This document shows positions 36,003 through 49,590 of a DNA stretch of 64,000 nucleotides, one piece after another (position 1 is the stretch's first letter; each line of letters begins with the position of its first letter). The notes below the pieces were generated by a model, which was not told where the DNA came from, ran no database searches, and saw only the letters and a program-made list of their open reading frames with translations. The position numbers were made by a program, and so were the translations under genes. The stretch is from positions 126,378,678 through 126,442,677 of the forward strand of contig NC_052161.1 of the NCBI RefSeq assembly GCF_902713615.1. Direction: 5' to 3'. This DNA is from Scyliorhinus canicula (taxonomy: Eukaryota).

Positions 36003-36348
36003 TATAGAATCATAGAATTTACAGTGCAGAAGGAGGCCATTTGGCCCATCGAGTCTGCACCGGCCCTTGGAAATGGCACCCTAATTAAGCCCACACCTCC
36101 ACCCTATTCCCGTAACCCAGTAACCCCACCTAACCGTTTTGGACACTAAGGGCAATTTATCACGGCCAATCCACCCAACCTGCACATCTTTGGACTGTGG
36201 GAGGAAACCGGAGCACCCGGAGGAAACCCCCGCAGACACGGGGAGAAAGTGCAGACTCCACACAGACAGTGACCCAAGCCGGAGATCGAACCTGGGACGC
36301 TGGAGCTGTGAAGCAACTATGCTGAACACTGTGCTACCCTGCGGCCCC
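36003..36348 (-). mobile_element. HE1-like SINE
   Basis: tRNA-like head, conserved core, CR1-like tail ending ttctatgattcta on minus. Confidence 0.85.
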
Positions 36349-37604
36349 TAGATGACTCCCATCCCACCCCAGGGCCACCGAAGACGATTGTAGGACCATT
36401 TACTGTCGAATGTGTCCATTATTACTTGAGGTCAGTGGGACCAGAGTATATTTGAGTCATTGTTTCCTGTTCATGCTAAGGGTGATCTGATGGATGGTGA
36501 ATGTGTTGAGAATCTTTGATTAATTATAGTGGCAGTCATTTTGTAAATCCCACTGCCAGGCAGGTCGTCACTACACAAGTGCCTCCAGAGATGGTCCTGC
36601 TACATGGCCACACTGGCCTACCATTGCCAGACTGGCAGCAGAGCCTCCCAATGCTATCCTAGGGAAGAATGTTACAGCCCCCCCCCCCCCACTAGTGGCC
36701 TTCCTACTGCCCTCCCTACAACCCCAGACCTGTTCACAATTTTCACCAAGTGTGGCCTACAGCCTTTGCCCCAATTAAGATCCTTAAGGGGCCAATTATT
36801 GGCCTCTGTAGGGCTGCTTCTTGCCTGCCCTCAATTTTGAGGTGAGGAGTCCATGATCTGCTAGGTGCAGCGCATCCTGCTCAGGCATTAGGCAGGAAAG
36901 GGAGGGGCACAGCCCTTCAGGGCACCCTTTACACATTGGATGCCTCCTCATCTCCCAAGAGCAGCCCCCTCTCTTGGATGCACCAATCCCTCACCGGCCT
37001 CTCCATTAAGATCCCAAACCCCTTTCCCTGCCCTTCCATTAACCTACGCCTCACCTCCTCTCCCCGCTGTGAGGTGGTCCTCAAGAGTGTTAGATGGCTG
37101 TGGGGTGGTTGTGATTGATTGGAGGCTGAATATTTTCACCAGGTAAAATGTCCTCCCACCCGAACCAAAATTAGGACCCATCCTTGTGCCGGCAGGTGAC
37201 CCTGGGAGGAATTTTACCACGACAGTCAGTTAAGTGAACAGGATGGAGATGGTGGCCTATTTCTCAGACAGGTGCGATAGTGAAGTGTGCCCCCCTGGAA
37301 TTCGTACACATAACAATTCGTTCCTAGCTCTTTATGGATATTTACAAGTAATACAACAATAGCAAAGGCAATTCAGGCGTTGGGCAGATCTCAAATCACC
37401 CAACTCACTGCCCGGTGTGATCTGGACCTCGCCCTTGCTGGGCATGATCCAGATCAGGATATTTACGTAAGCTGTCAAGCTCATTTAAATACCCAGACAC
37501 CGGATTTACCCGGCGTCCGGGAGTAATGGCCGCGCCTGCGAGATCTCAACAGGGTGCTGTTTAGCACCGGCTTACACAAATGTGGACAAGACATGGCAGC
37601 ACCT

Positions 37605-37638
<34 letters not shown>

Positions 37639-37774
37639 AACGCAGGCCATTATATAACCTCAGGTGGACAGGGCAGGGCAGGGGGTACCCTGGCACTCCC
37701 CCCTACCACTGTCAGCATGGCACCATGCCATTGCGACTTGGTCAACCTGGCATTGCCACTCAGGCACCATGGCA

Positions 37775-38055
37775 GTGGCAGGCTGGCATTGCCAGGTGCC
37801 TGGGTGGTGGTTCCAGGGGACACTGCCAGGCTGGTACTGCTAGGTGCCTGGGCGGTGGTTCCAGGGGACACTGCCAGGCTGGTACTGCCAGGTACCTGGG
37901 CGGTGGTTCCAGGGGACACTGCCAGGCTGGTACTGCTAGGTGCCTGGGCGGTGGTTCCAGGGGACACTGCCAGGCTGGTAGTGCCAAGGTGCCTGGGTGG
38001 TGGTTCCAGGGGACACTGCCAGGCTGGTAGTGCCACGGTGCCTGGTTGCCAGGTT
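37775..38055 (+). repeat. 48-bp tandem repeat (~5.5 copies) inside a GC-rich element (~37410-38320)
   Basis: Unit ctgccaggctggtactgccaggtgcctgggcggtggttccaggggaca; 16-aa periodic pseudo-ORFs. Confidence 0.85.
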
Positions 38056-39751
38056 GGCTTTGCCAGGGGTTGGGCCCATGGGGCCTTGCCCATTACAGTG
38101 GGTGGGCGAGGAGGGAGGTTCCAGGGGTCTCAAGAAGGTTAGGGTGTGAAGGAGGGTATCCTGAAAGCCAGGGGGGAGGCTCAAGTGGGATTCATAAGAT
38201 ATAGGAGCAGAATTAGGTCATTCGGCTCATCGAGTCTGCTCCGTCATTCGATTATGGTTGATAGAGGTCGGGGCAACCTCCTTAATGGCGCCCTGATTGG
38301 CGAAGAGCCGTTCCTGCTGGCGACATTTTCTTTTTTGTTTTTGCATGATTCACTCAGGTTTTCTCCTGCCACTAATGTGAGTCGCTCTTCAAAGTCAACA
38401 TAGAATTAATTTAAAATGCTTTATGTTTAGTTGCAGCCAATTTCTGCCACCATGCTATGTGTTCTTGATGTTTGGTTCCCAGATGTTGGTAATAATCACG
38501 CTTTAAGCTTGGAAAGATAAATGGATGAAGTCTCCGCCTCCTCAGCCATGTGTTCGGCGGCGGCGCGCCGTCATTGACAGTGGGATTCTCTGACCTCTCA
38601 GTCGGCCAATGGGATTTCCCATTGAGACCACCCCACGCTGCCGGGAAACCTGCGGGAGGGGGTGCACTGCCAACGGGACAGAGAATTCACTCTAAGAGCT
38701 CCTTATCTTTATTACTTGCCATGCTGTCTCGAACAAATGAAGGGCCGGTTTGAACTGGTTCTGTTACGCATCACATGACTCTTTTGTGCAACTGTGAAAT
38801 GCAGCCCCTGGAACACTTACACATAACAATTAATTCCAAGCCAATTAGTTCCTAGCTTGTTATAGATATTTACAGAAAATACAGCAATGAGTAACAGTGT
38901 GCAATGTCAGAGACAAGCAGAAACGATAGGTGGGATTTTCCAGCCCTTCCCGCTGGTGACATATTCTGGTCCTGCCGATGTCAACCCCCGTTGAGGGTTC
39001 CCCAGCAGCGGCAGACGGTGCGCCACGCAAATTGCCATTGACTTCGGTAGGACCCAGTAGATCCTGCAGGCGGCCAATGGTGAGCCACCTCAGCGGCGGG
39101 AAAACCACCCACGGGGAGTTGGGGGGAGGGGTGCAGTGGCTGGACAATTCCAGCCAATGCAGATCAGCCATAATCATGTTGATGATTGAACAACCTTGAG
39201 GGGCTGAATGGGCTCCTCCTGCTGTTTGTTGGATGGCATTCATTCCCCACAAGTGGCACCTTCAACCTGAAGGAACTCTTTCTTCGGAATAGCAAGAAAC
39301 CAGTTGGAATGTCCGCTCAAAAACGAGGGAAGAACAACACGCCAAAAGTTTAAAGGACAAATTGAGCAAAGCAGCACTGCTAGCAAGCAGGAAGGCAGCC
39401 TCACTGAAATTGCCCTTCAATTCAATAGCTCTTTTCACAAGAGCCAGATGATGGATGGCCGTGTTCTTGACAGTGGATTGAATCCCAAGTCTTGGACATA
39501 AGCACTTTGAGAAACAGAAGAAGCCTATTTGGCTGGGCCTATCCATCGCATGCTCTGGATTTTAAGGGCAGTGCTCTTTTGTTAATTCTTAGCTGTGAAA
39601 AGCTTCCCAGAGAAGATTGGAAACTCCAAACCCAGGGGTATATAGAGGGAAACTACTTCCACTGGATATGGAGTCCAGGACTGGGGCATAGCCTAAAATC
39701 TAAAACCAGACCCGTCAGGAGTGAAGTTAGGAAATCCTTCTACATGCAAAT

Positions 39752-40020
39752 GATAATAATAATCTTTATTGTCAAGAGTAGGCTTACATTTACACTGCAA
39801 TGAAGTTACTGTGAAAATCCCCAAGTCGCCACACTCCGGCATCTGCTCGGGTACACAGAGGGAGAATTCAGAATGTCCAATTCACCTAACAGCACGTCTT
39901 TCGGGACTTGTGGGAAGAAACCGGAGCACCCGGAGGAAACCCATGCAGACACAGGTAGAACGTGCAGACTCCGCACAGACAATGACCCAAGCCGGGAATC
40001 GAACCTGGGACCCTGGAGCT
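39752..40020 (-). mobile_element. V-domain-type SINE with alternative tail, inserted in a CR1 fragment (~39630-40190)
   Basis: Head as in HE1-like copies; tail gtggcgacttggggattttcacagtaacttcattgc shared with the short SINE family. CR1 sequence resumes afterwards. Confidence 0.7.
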
Positions 40021-41904
40021 CTGCAAACAGCAGTTGATACTTGGTCAATTGTTAATTTTAAGCCTAAGATTCATGGATTTTTGTAAACTAAAGGTATTAA
40101 AGAATGGAGTTAAATCACAGATCAGTCATGAGCTCAGCAAAATGGGGGAATGGACTCAAGTGGCTAAATGGACTACTCCCGTTCCTAAATTATCAGTTGG
40201 AGTAAAGAGCTAACTGAAGTTTGAGTGAGTGTCAGAACCTCCACCTCCTCCAAGAACAAATTGCTTCACAGAAGAGTTGTCAACTCTAAATGGGATATAT
40301 TCTTGGAGGTTTCATCACATGACCTTCCTCCAACTCACTCTGCCCTCCCCCACTTCCACCATTGGCCACCTCAGCCCTCATGTCGCCTCACGCACCAAGG
40401 CCAAGCAGACAGTAATCACACTCAATCCGTTGTATCTCAGATGCAGCAGATCAAATGATTGACTCGCACTCAAACAGCCCTTTGTTCTTTCCATTTCCAA
40501 CAAACCTAATAATGGATCCCAAGAAAATGAAAAAGGAAAGATATTCCTTAACTGCTCCCGTGATTTTTTTTTTCTCCCTGGACTTTTGCCCACAGCAATG
40601 TCCTGAAAATTAATCTTTAATTCTTGGGCAATTCCAGAAGGTTGGAAACTGTAATTCGCAGTTGCAGACTGCAACCCATGGTGAAAAATGAAATGAATGA
40701 AAATCGCTTATTGTCACAAGTAGGCTTCAAATGAAGTAACTGTGAAAAGCCCCCAGCAGACCGCCGGTAGCAGACAAGTGATGTGTGGGAGTAAATGGGT
40801 TAGTTTATGTATGCATCTGACTCTTAAACTGGCCTCTAATGTGCCTCCCCCTCCTCAGAGTGTCCACTGCAGTCTGGGTGCGCCCCAGGCAGCAAAACTG
40901 CAGAGTTTAGCAACAATTGATGGGTGGAGTCCCATCCAATGTCGTCATACAGTCAGAGAGAAGAATTGGGCTGGGCAAGAGTTATTCATTTTCCTTGTCC
41001 TCAAAGAAGATTTTTAAAACATGTCGCTCTTGAGAATTTGCTTTCACGAGAAAAGCTTTTGCGTTTCTGTCCGGATATTTGATTTCCCTCGTGTTTTCTT
41101 TCCCCTCCTCTCTGGAGGACCTGTTGTTGAGCTTCAGTTCTGGAGGGGCAGGCTGACTCCCCCCACCCCCCTCCCCCAACTCAAAGTGACCTCTGTTTGA
41201 TCATGAACCCAGGCACTGAGGGATAAACTTTCCACTCAGCTGAAGGTAGAGTTACCAACTCCTCCAGGATTGTCCTCACATCTCCAGGATTTAGCATCGC
41301 CAGCAATTTATATTCGTACAAACCGGGCCACCCATCACATATCTGGAAAATAAAGGGTTGAAAGTTAAAAATAAGATTTTAAAAATAAGATAAAGAAAAT
41401 GTTTTTATGGAGAACTAAGCTGAGATATCCGTATGGTCCGAATGAGGTAGGTATTAAAGCTGAAAATCAGACGATGAAAATGTTTCTATTTGGTCATTTA
41501 TTTTGCTGACGACGGGATTCTCTACTCCTGCTGCTTGTCAATGGGATTTCTCAATGGAGCCACTGGGAAACCCGTGGGCAGGAATGCGCTGCCGACGGCA
41601 ACAGAGATCCCAACAGCCGGAAAATTCCAGATTATCTGACGAAAAATATTTATTTTCACATTGAATGCATTTTCATTTGCTTTACTTCATTTGGCTTGAA
41701 TCTAGTTTATCTAGATTAACAGTTTTTACTGTCTGATTTCTGCTAATCATTCTCGCCGTCCTCACTCTCAAAATCATCAGGGTCAAAATCTACATCCACA
41801 CCTGTTTCCTCCATGTTTGTTAATATCCTGAATATTTCATTGTTAGTGTCAAAGGCAATCTCTGCAGTATCACTCTCTGCATTTTCTTGCTTCCTGAAAC
41901 AATA

Positions 41905-42726
41905 GGTTGCAATTTAATGGCCTTGCCTCGCCCAACATAGTGACGTGGCGAGACTGTTGAATCTTACGAAAGGCCTCTCGTGGGATTCTCAATGCTTGAA
42001 AAGCCTTGCGAGATTAACAAAATCTCATGAGACACCATGAGCTGGTTCTCGCCCTCGCTGGGCGAGATCCAGACGTACATATTTAAATCAGCCATTATGT
42101 CTGGGCTGTATTCTCCCAGGGCCCGGGAACTTATAGCCTGGCTTGGGAGACTTCGCCGCCATGGTGTCATTTCACACTGGTCCACACAAACATGGACTAA
42201 GCGTAACACCATCAGGGTGGGGGGGGTCTCCTTGGCCATTAGATAACCGGGTGGTCAGGCACTGAGCAGGGTGGTACCCAGGCACTACCAGTCAGCCACC
42301 TTGGCACTGCCACCTGTGCACTACCAGGTTGCCTGGATGACACTGCCAAAGTGCCATGCTGCCAAAGTGCCATGCTGCCAGTGCCAGGTTGCCCATGCCA
42401 GGGATCAGGCCCGGGGGTGCCTTGCCCTTAAGAGGTGGGGTGAGGGGGGAACTCGAGGAACCCATAAGAGGTATATTGGGTTCAGTGGGAGGCCACGGTC
42501 GTATGGCTGAGGGGAGTTCGAAAGATCAGGGCAGCATTTAAAAATGGCGCCCTGATCCTCGTGCTCTGTTGTCAGTGCAGGAAATGATTTTAAGTGTAGT
42601 CTCGGTGGGAGTTCCTCGGCAAAGTGCCATTTAATAGCGGTATCGGTCTCGGCGCTGCGGCTCCCGAGAAACACACCGCAAAACGTGCAATAGCGGGACT
42701 CTGTTTCTGCCCCATTAAATCGCACC
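41905..42726. mobile_element. GC-rich non-autonomous TIR element
   Basis: Termini ggttgcaatttaatgg ... ccattaaatcgcacc; internal tgccag/tggcac repeats as in related elements. Confidence 0.55.
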
Positions 42727-42890
42727 TTAAATATTTATGATGGGCCACATTTGTGGGACAAAATAAAGAGATTTCTTGGTGATCCTACTCAATAAATGCT
42801 TTAATTTTGTTATTGTTCCCATAAAAGGACATTCAATGGGTGTGATGCCATTCTTCTTGCATCCTGTCACGCTGTCAACCTCTTGCCTTC

Positions 42891-43493
42891 CTGCTCTAGC
42901 CTCTTCATCTTGCCTTTCTCTAATTGCTGCCTGCTCTAGCCTCTTCATCTTGCCTTTCTCTAATTGCTGCCTGCTCTAGCCTCTTCACCTTGCCTTTCTC
43001 TAATTGCTGCCTGCTCTAGCCTCTTCACCTTGCCTTTCTCTAATTGCTGCCTACTCTAGCCTCTTCATCTTGCCTTTCTCTAATTGCTGCCTGCTCTAGC
43101 CTCTTCATCTTGCCTTTCTCTAGTTGCTGCCTGCTCTAGCCTCTTCATCTTGCCTTTCTCTAGTTGCTGCCTGCTCTCGCCTCTTCATCTTGCCTTTCTC
43201 TAATTGCTGCCTGCTCTAGCCTCTTCATCTTGCCTTTCTCTAATTGCTGCCTGCTCTAGCCTCTTCATCTTGCCTTTCTCTAATTGCTGCCTGCTCTAGC
43301 CTCTTCATCTTGCCTTTCTCTAATTGCTGCCTGCTCTAGCCTCTTCATCTTGCCTTTCTCTAATTGCTGCCTGCTCTAGCCTCTTCATCTTGCCTTTCTC
43401 TAATTTCTGCCTGCTCTAGCCTCTTCATCTTGCCTTTCTCTAATTGCTGCCTGCTCTAGCCTCTTCATCTTGCCTTTCTCTAATTGCTGCCTG
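42891..43493 (+). repeat. 40-bp minisatellite, ~15 near-perfect copies
   Basis: Unit ctgctctagcctcttcatcttgcctttctctaattgctgc. Confidence 0.95.
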
Positions 43494-44929
43494 TTGCTTG
43501 CTGTCAACATTTGTTTCCTCTAGCTTGTCTCCCCCCCCCCCCCCCCCGCCCTCTCCCCAGTTCTGCCTGCCACCTGTCACTTTCCCTTGTCAAGTAATGA
43601 TGTGCAATGTCTCCGAACATAACTTGTCTGAAACAAATGAAATATGAGAAGAGAAACTAATGAAATTGAATGAAAGTCAGGAAGTTATGATGTAAATTCA
43701 TCACATTCGTATGGTTAAGGTTGGCTAAAGCATGGAGTGTCTGAGTTACAGTGTCAGCAGGGACACGTTGCAGCCAGGGCCACGAGATCCCCTGCTAAGA
43801 GGCCAAAGCCCCCATGGTGGGAGTGATGAGATGTAAACGCTCCTACGTTATGCCCCTTGGTCTGAGGTATCATCCCACCAAGTTTGGTTTAGGTTGGCCC
43901 AACGACCTTGGAGAGGTTTGCCAACATACAGACAGACAGACATATCGCTTATATATATATAGACAATACATTTAATGTGCTGAAACATCCTAAGGCACTT
44001 CACTGAGGCATTATAAAACAGCAAGCCACTTTAGGAGGTTTTATATCAGATGACCAAAAGCTTGATCAAAGGATTAGTTTTTTTTAACTTAAAGTACCTA
44101 ATTTTTTGTTTTCAATTAAGGGGCAATTTAACGTGGCCAATCCACCTACCCTGGGTTGTGGGGCTGAGACCCACACAGGCACGGGAAGAATGTGCAAACT
44201 CCACAGAGGCAGTGACTCAGGGCCGGGATCGAACCGGTTTAGGTTTTAAGTAGTATATAAAAGGAGGAAAGGGCACTTCAGAGGTGGGGAGGAATTGGGA
44301 GGGAATTCCACACTTGGGGATGGGTTTTTCAGGAGAGGGGTGATAACAGAAGATTTAAAGGAGAGAGGTAAACACCTGAAGAGAGAGAAACGCTTACAAT
44401 GTCAGTTAGTCTGGGGACCAGGAAGGAACGTTGGGGCGGTCAGTGGTTTTGTGGGAATAGGATCGAGGGAACTGGAGGTGAGCTCTGAGTGAAGAAAGGA
44501 AAGAAACAAGAAAATGGCGTGATTAACAGTTAACCTCCCAGATCCTTCTGCAAGCAATCTGTGAGAAGGTCATGTTGTTAAAATAACTTGTGTGTTTTTT
44601 TTCATTTTCTTTGGATGCTTTATTGAGCCAGATGGACTTTGGTGACAATGTGACAGTTTCATGGTCAGCGCTAGCTTTCGGTTCCAAATGTATTTAATTA
44701 ACTAAATTCAAATTCACAGACTTCCACGGCAGGGTTTAATCTCGCATCCAGTCTCTGGATGACCAACCCAGTAACATATCTATCTTGAAACCATACGCCC
44801 CAAAGGGAGTCCAGCGTGTATGTTACTCACTGATAACACAGAGACTTGCGTTTCTCCAGGGGTGTGTTTACCGATCCGCTATGTTTCGGTGTTTGACGTG
44901 CTGACCCATTCTTGCTCTTGTTTTTCTAG

Positions 44930-45063
44930 ACAACCAGTTCAGGATGTCCATCTTGGAGCGCCTGGAACAAATGGAAAGGCGGATGTCGGAGATGGGATCT
45001 CACCAGCACCACCAGCAGTCTGGAGGGGGTAACGGAGGAGGGGGCGGCAACAGCCAGGCACAG
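44930..45063 (+). CDS. CAMTA1: CAMTA1 exon ((D)NQFRMSILERLEQMERRMSEM...SQAQ)
   Basis: tttttctAG acceptor, CAG|GT donor, phase 1 to 0; recognisable CAMTA post-TIG segment. Confidence 0.92.
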
Positions 45064-45945
45064 GTACAGCACACCATGGTCCAGAAGCAACCAAAACATG
45101 TCTGGGCGGTCTCCTGCCGTGGCTGCCCAAACATTTAATTTGCATGCGAGTTGAGCATGCGATGAGTGGAGGTGACTCAGAGGGTGTATGTAAGATATTA
45201 CATGTTGTAGGAAAGAGGATATGATTTGGGACTTATGGAAAAAAATGAACGAGCTTGCACTTATATTGCCTTTCACAACCTCAGGCTATCTCGGAGCGCA
45301 TTACAGTTAATGAAGCACTTTTGAAACAGTGTTGTAATGATGGAAATGTGGTATCAAATCTGTGCACAGCAAGCAGCAAGATAACGACCAGACAATCTGT
45401 TTTTTGGTGTTAGTTGAGGATAAATGTATTGAGTATAAATGTTGGTCGTGACACATTGAGAACTCCCCTACTGTTCTTCATAACAGTTCCATGTAGTAGG
45501 CCCACAGATGGGGCCTCGTTTTAACGCCTTATTTGAAAGACAGCATCTCCGACAGCACCATTCCCTCACATATCCACTGAAGTGTCAACCTAGATTTTGT
45601 ACTCAAGTCAAATCAGTGGGATTTGAACCCATAATCTTCTGATTCAGAGATGCCCCGACATGCAAACTGTATTTCTATTGATGTGGATCCAGTTCCCTCA
45701 CACTGCTACTCAGTAACTCCTTCCTTTCGGCCCCCTGTATTCAACAATTTAACTGTACAACTGAAGATCAGAGGTCAGCACACAAGATTGATGGCCATTG
45801 ACAGGAGTCCACTGCCCTTCCCGCTCTAACCCCCAACACCATTCCCATTGCAAGACGTTCTGTACAATGGGTGTTACATTGTAAGGTGTATCGCTCTATT
45901 TCCATTGTGTCTACATGTAAAATAAGTTTAAAATGTCATTCCTAT

Positions 45946-46153
45946 GGGCAGCACGGTGGCGCACTGGGTTAGCCCTGCTGTCACACGATCCCAGGTTCGA
46001 TCCCGGCTTTGGGTCACTGTCTGTGTGAAGTTAGCACATTCTCCCCGTGTTTGCGTGGGTTCCGCCCAAAGGTGGGCGGGGTAGGTGGATTTGCCACGCT
46101 AAATTGCCCCTTAATTGGAAAAAAGGAATTGGGCACGCAAATTTATTTAAAAA
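45946..46153 (+). mobile_element. V-domain-type SINE, short A-rich tail subfamily (another copy at ~46218-46425)
   Basis: 14-bp TSD aaaatgtcattcct at 45930-45943 and 46154-46167. Confidence 0.8.
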
Positions 46154-47019
46154 AAAATGTCATTCCTCTTAAAACTATATTCAAAAATAGCACTTAAAGA
46201 ATTCAATTTTTGGGGGGGGGCGGCACAGTGGTTAGCACTGCTACCTCACAGCACTGAGACCAGGGTACGATCCCAGCCCCGGGTCACTGTCTGTGTGGAG
46301 TTTGTACATTCACCCCGTGTCTGCGTGTGTTTCACCCCCACAACCCAAAGATGTGCAGGTTAGGTGGATTGGCCACGCTAAATTGCCTCTTAATTGGCAA
46401 AAAAAAAATTGGGTACTCTGAATTGATGGCAAAAAAAAATCCATTTTCATGAAAAGGGTTTGGAAGACCTTTTTCAGACAGTTGCATAATGCTGTGCAAT
46501 TTTGTACACCAATGATATGAGAAATTATGCCCAATTTGCAAGAAACAAAAACAAGTTCGCCAAGCAGATTTTCAGAAGAGAGTATCCCTGTAAGATTATA
46601 TCATCAATTGGCTTCTGGTCCAGCCACTCCTTGAATTCAAAACCCTCTGTGAACTCACCCGCCTTTCCTACATTTGGAACCTCCCCTAGCTCTACAATCT
46701 TTCAACCACTCTGCACTCCTCCAATTCTGGCCACTTGTGCATACTCCATTGCCTTAATCCACCACTAGCTGCTGTCCAGGCCCCAGGCTCTAGTGTTCCC
46801 TCCCTTTCCGCCTCACTACTCCCATTCTACAGGAAACCTTTTGAAACTTACATCTTTGACCAAGCTTTTGGTCACCTGTCCGAATATAATATAAACTTGC
46901 ATTTCCCGCACATCTTTAACACAGTAAAATGTACCGGGGCATTTTACAACAGTGACATCTCACAGATTCTGATGCCAAGCCACATAAGGAGATATATAGG
47001 ACAGACGAACGAAAGCTGG

Positions 47020-47460
47020 TAAGTTTTAAAGGGAGGAGGGAGAGAGATGGAGAGATATGGATGGAATTCCATAGCTGCAGGCCAAGGCTGTTGAAGGCAT
47101 GGCTGTAAGTGATGGAGCAATTAAAATCAGGGCTGCAGCGGGGAGCTGAAGTGGAAGAAGGTGGAGATCTTGGAGGTTTGAAGAGCTCTCGGAGGTTATA
47201 GAAGTTGTGGGTGGGTTAGGGTGTCAGGAAGGGCTTTGAACACAAGGATGAGAATTTTGAAATCAGGACATTGCCAGACCTGGAGCCTGAACACAGGTCA
47301 CCAAGCACAGGTATGATGGACCAATGGCACTTGTTGCGAGTTAGAAAATGGGCAGCAGAACTTTGGATGAGCTCAGGTTTAAAGAGGGTGGAAAATGGGA
47401 GGCCAACCAGGAGAACGGTCGAGTCTGAAGGTAACAAAGCCATGGATAATGGTTTCAGCA
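47020..47460 (-). mobile_element. L2-type LINE 3' fragment (similar + strand copy at ~55850-56415)
   Basis: Minus reads LLVGLP..ELIQSSAAHFLTR..IIPVLGDL, like the L2 ORF C-terminal LQxIQNxAARxLT..HITPVL motif. Confidence 0.6.
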
Positions 47461-47702
47461 GCAGATAAACTAAGCAGACGAGTGACGTGATGTTGCAGGA
47501 ATGGTCATTGCGATGCGGCAGATAGGTAGTTGGAAGTTCATCTGGCAGCAAAGTGGAACACAAGGTTGTGAACAGGCCTGTCTGTGCATTGTAATGTTGA
47601 ATGTGCTGTATGAATGCCACAGCTGTTGTTGTTTTTCTGAGCCTAACACGGTGTCATGTGAGCAGGCTGATCTCAGAGTGTGTTCCTCACCCCAATGTGC
47701 AG

Positions 47703-47893
47703 TGTGCATCCAGGGTGGCCAGCTGCTCCTTCGAGAACCGTGTGGTGCTGGTATGTGAGAAGATGATGAGTCGTGCCTGCTGGGTCAAATCCAAACACCT
47801 CATCCACTCCAAGACCTTCCGAGGAATGACCCTCCTGCATCTGGCAGCTGCCCAGGGCTATGCCACATTGATCCAGACCCTCATCAAATGGCG
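47703..47893 (+). CDS. CAMTA1: CAMTA1 exon (CASR...FENRVVLVCEKMM...GMTLLHLAAAQGYATLIQTLIKWR), first ankyrin repeat
   Basis: tgcAG acceptor, CG|GTAAGC donor, phase 0 to 2. Confidence 0.95.
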
Positions 47894-49218
47894 GTAAGCA
47901 ACAGCCAGGCTCCAGTGGATTGGATTGGATTTGTTTATTGTCACGTGTACCGAGGTACAGTGAAAAGTATTTTTCTGCGAACAGCTCAACAGATCATTAA
48001 GTACATGAAAAGAAAATACATAACAGGGCAACACAAGGTACACAATGTAAATACCGAGACAGTGGCATCGGGTGAAGCATACAGGGGTGTAGTGTTAATC
48101 AGGTCAGTCCATGAGAGGGTCGTTTAGGAGTCTGGTAACAGCGGGGAAGAAGCAATGATCCACTTCTGTGAAGTGAGGGACACATGTGCAAGGGCAATAG
48201 TGATGGACAGCTACTCTGAGTGGAGACTTGGCTTGAAGGTATAATAGGGGGCGGTTTTCTGAATAGGAACATTATTGGAAAAAACTCATAGACGTTTCAG
48301 TTTCACCTGGTAATATCCCCAAAATCCTGGCTATGTGACTGAGATCAAGGAATTTGCACAATGGGGATCGAGCTGACAGAAAATCACTCGTTGATTGTTA
48401 CTGTACTCAGGTGCCGTTGGATGCCAGGACAGTGAATACATGTAAGGAGGAGATAGACAGATTTTTAATTAGTAATGGATTGAAGGGTTATGGAGAACGG
48501 GCAGGAAAGTGGAGGTGAGGGCGGGAGGAGATCAGCCATGGTCGTATTGAATGGTGGAGCGGGCTCAAGGGCTGGCCTACTTCTGTTCCTAGTTCTTATG
48601 TCAGTGTGCAATCATAGTAAAGGTATTTCTGTCGGGAAGATGAGAGCAAGTTCTGGTATCTTCATTCCTATAATAGTTTAATTACTGAGGAAAGGAAACC
48701 AAGGGTTTTCAGTGGATGAGAAGTGGGAAGTTTCTTTATTGGAGGATGACTGAGCCACAAAAGCCTTTCTAAAGGTGGCAAGCTGACAATATGCCCATAA
48801 ATGACACCAAGTTTGAAAAAACCTGATGCTTGTGTGTGGGAAGCTGACGAATGAGATGAGGGCCTCCACCCTTTTGAGCCCATTGGAACGAAAGACGAGG
48901 GCCGATTTAAACTCAGTGAAGATGGAGGGACGGGGAAAAGGGTGCGGGAAATGCAAGAAAGTTCAGGGAAACAATGGTTACAGTTGCATTGAAGGGAGAG
49001 ACGAGGGAAGAATGTGACAGAGAGATGGGAGATGAGAGGTAAGAGAGAGAGGGGTAGCCCATCTGACAACAGGTTGATCTCACGTCCCTCACTGCAAGAG
49101 AGATCTTAGAAGAATATTTTGGAGTGGAATGTCCACACGCCTTCACCAATAAATTACCAGGTCACTGGTTCGCGATGGGAAACGGCTTCATTAACAGCCT
49201 GTGTCTGTTCTTTCACAG

Positions 49219-49297
49219 TGCAAAACATGCGGACAGTATTGATCTGGAACTGGAGGTAGATCCATTAAATGTTGATCATTTCTCCTGCACACCCCTG
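49219..49297 (+). CDS. CAMTA1: CAMTA1 exon (AKHADSIDLELEVDPLNVDHFSCTPL)
   Basis: tttcacAG acceptor, CTG|GTAAGT donor, phase 2 to 0. Confidence 0.95.
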
Positions 49298-49590
49298 GTA
49301 AGTGAAATGTCACCTCCATTTAGAAAGCATGTGGGAGAATATTTTATGGGTTAGAGGCTGTGGATGCTCAATCTGTAACAGGATCTGATCAGTGAAATTT
49401 TGAAAAGGCATTTGAAAAGATTACAATTGAATTCACACTGCTGCTGACCCACATTGTGTTCTAATTCCTCCCTGTCCTCTCCACTCTGTAACCTCCTGCT
49501 CTAGTGTTACAGCCTTCGAGATCTCCGGATTCCTCCAATTCTGGCCTCTTGCTCATACATTTGGGGCACGATTTAACGAAAACATTTCTA

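Noticed and set aside
37554-38142. Repeat proteins (GTARCLGGGSRGHCQA)n
   Set aside because: 48-bp tandem repeat inside a GC-rich non-autonomous element, open in several frames.
1-44929. Upstream CAMTA1 exons (CG-1, TIG)
   Set aside because: No recognisable CG-1 or TIG peptide found by eye; these exons, like the final IQ exons, appear to lie outside the window.
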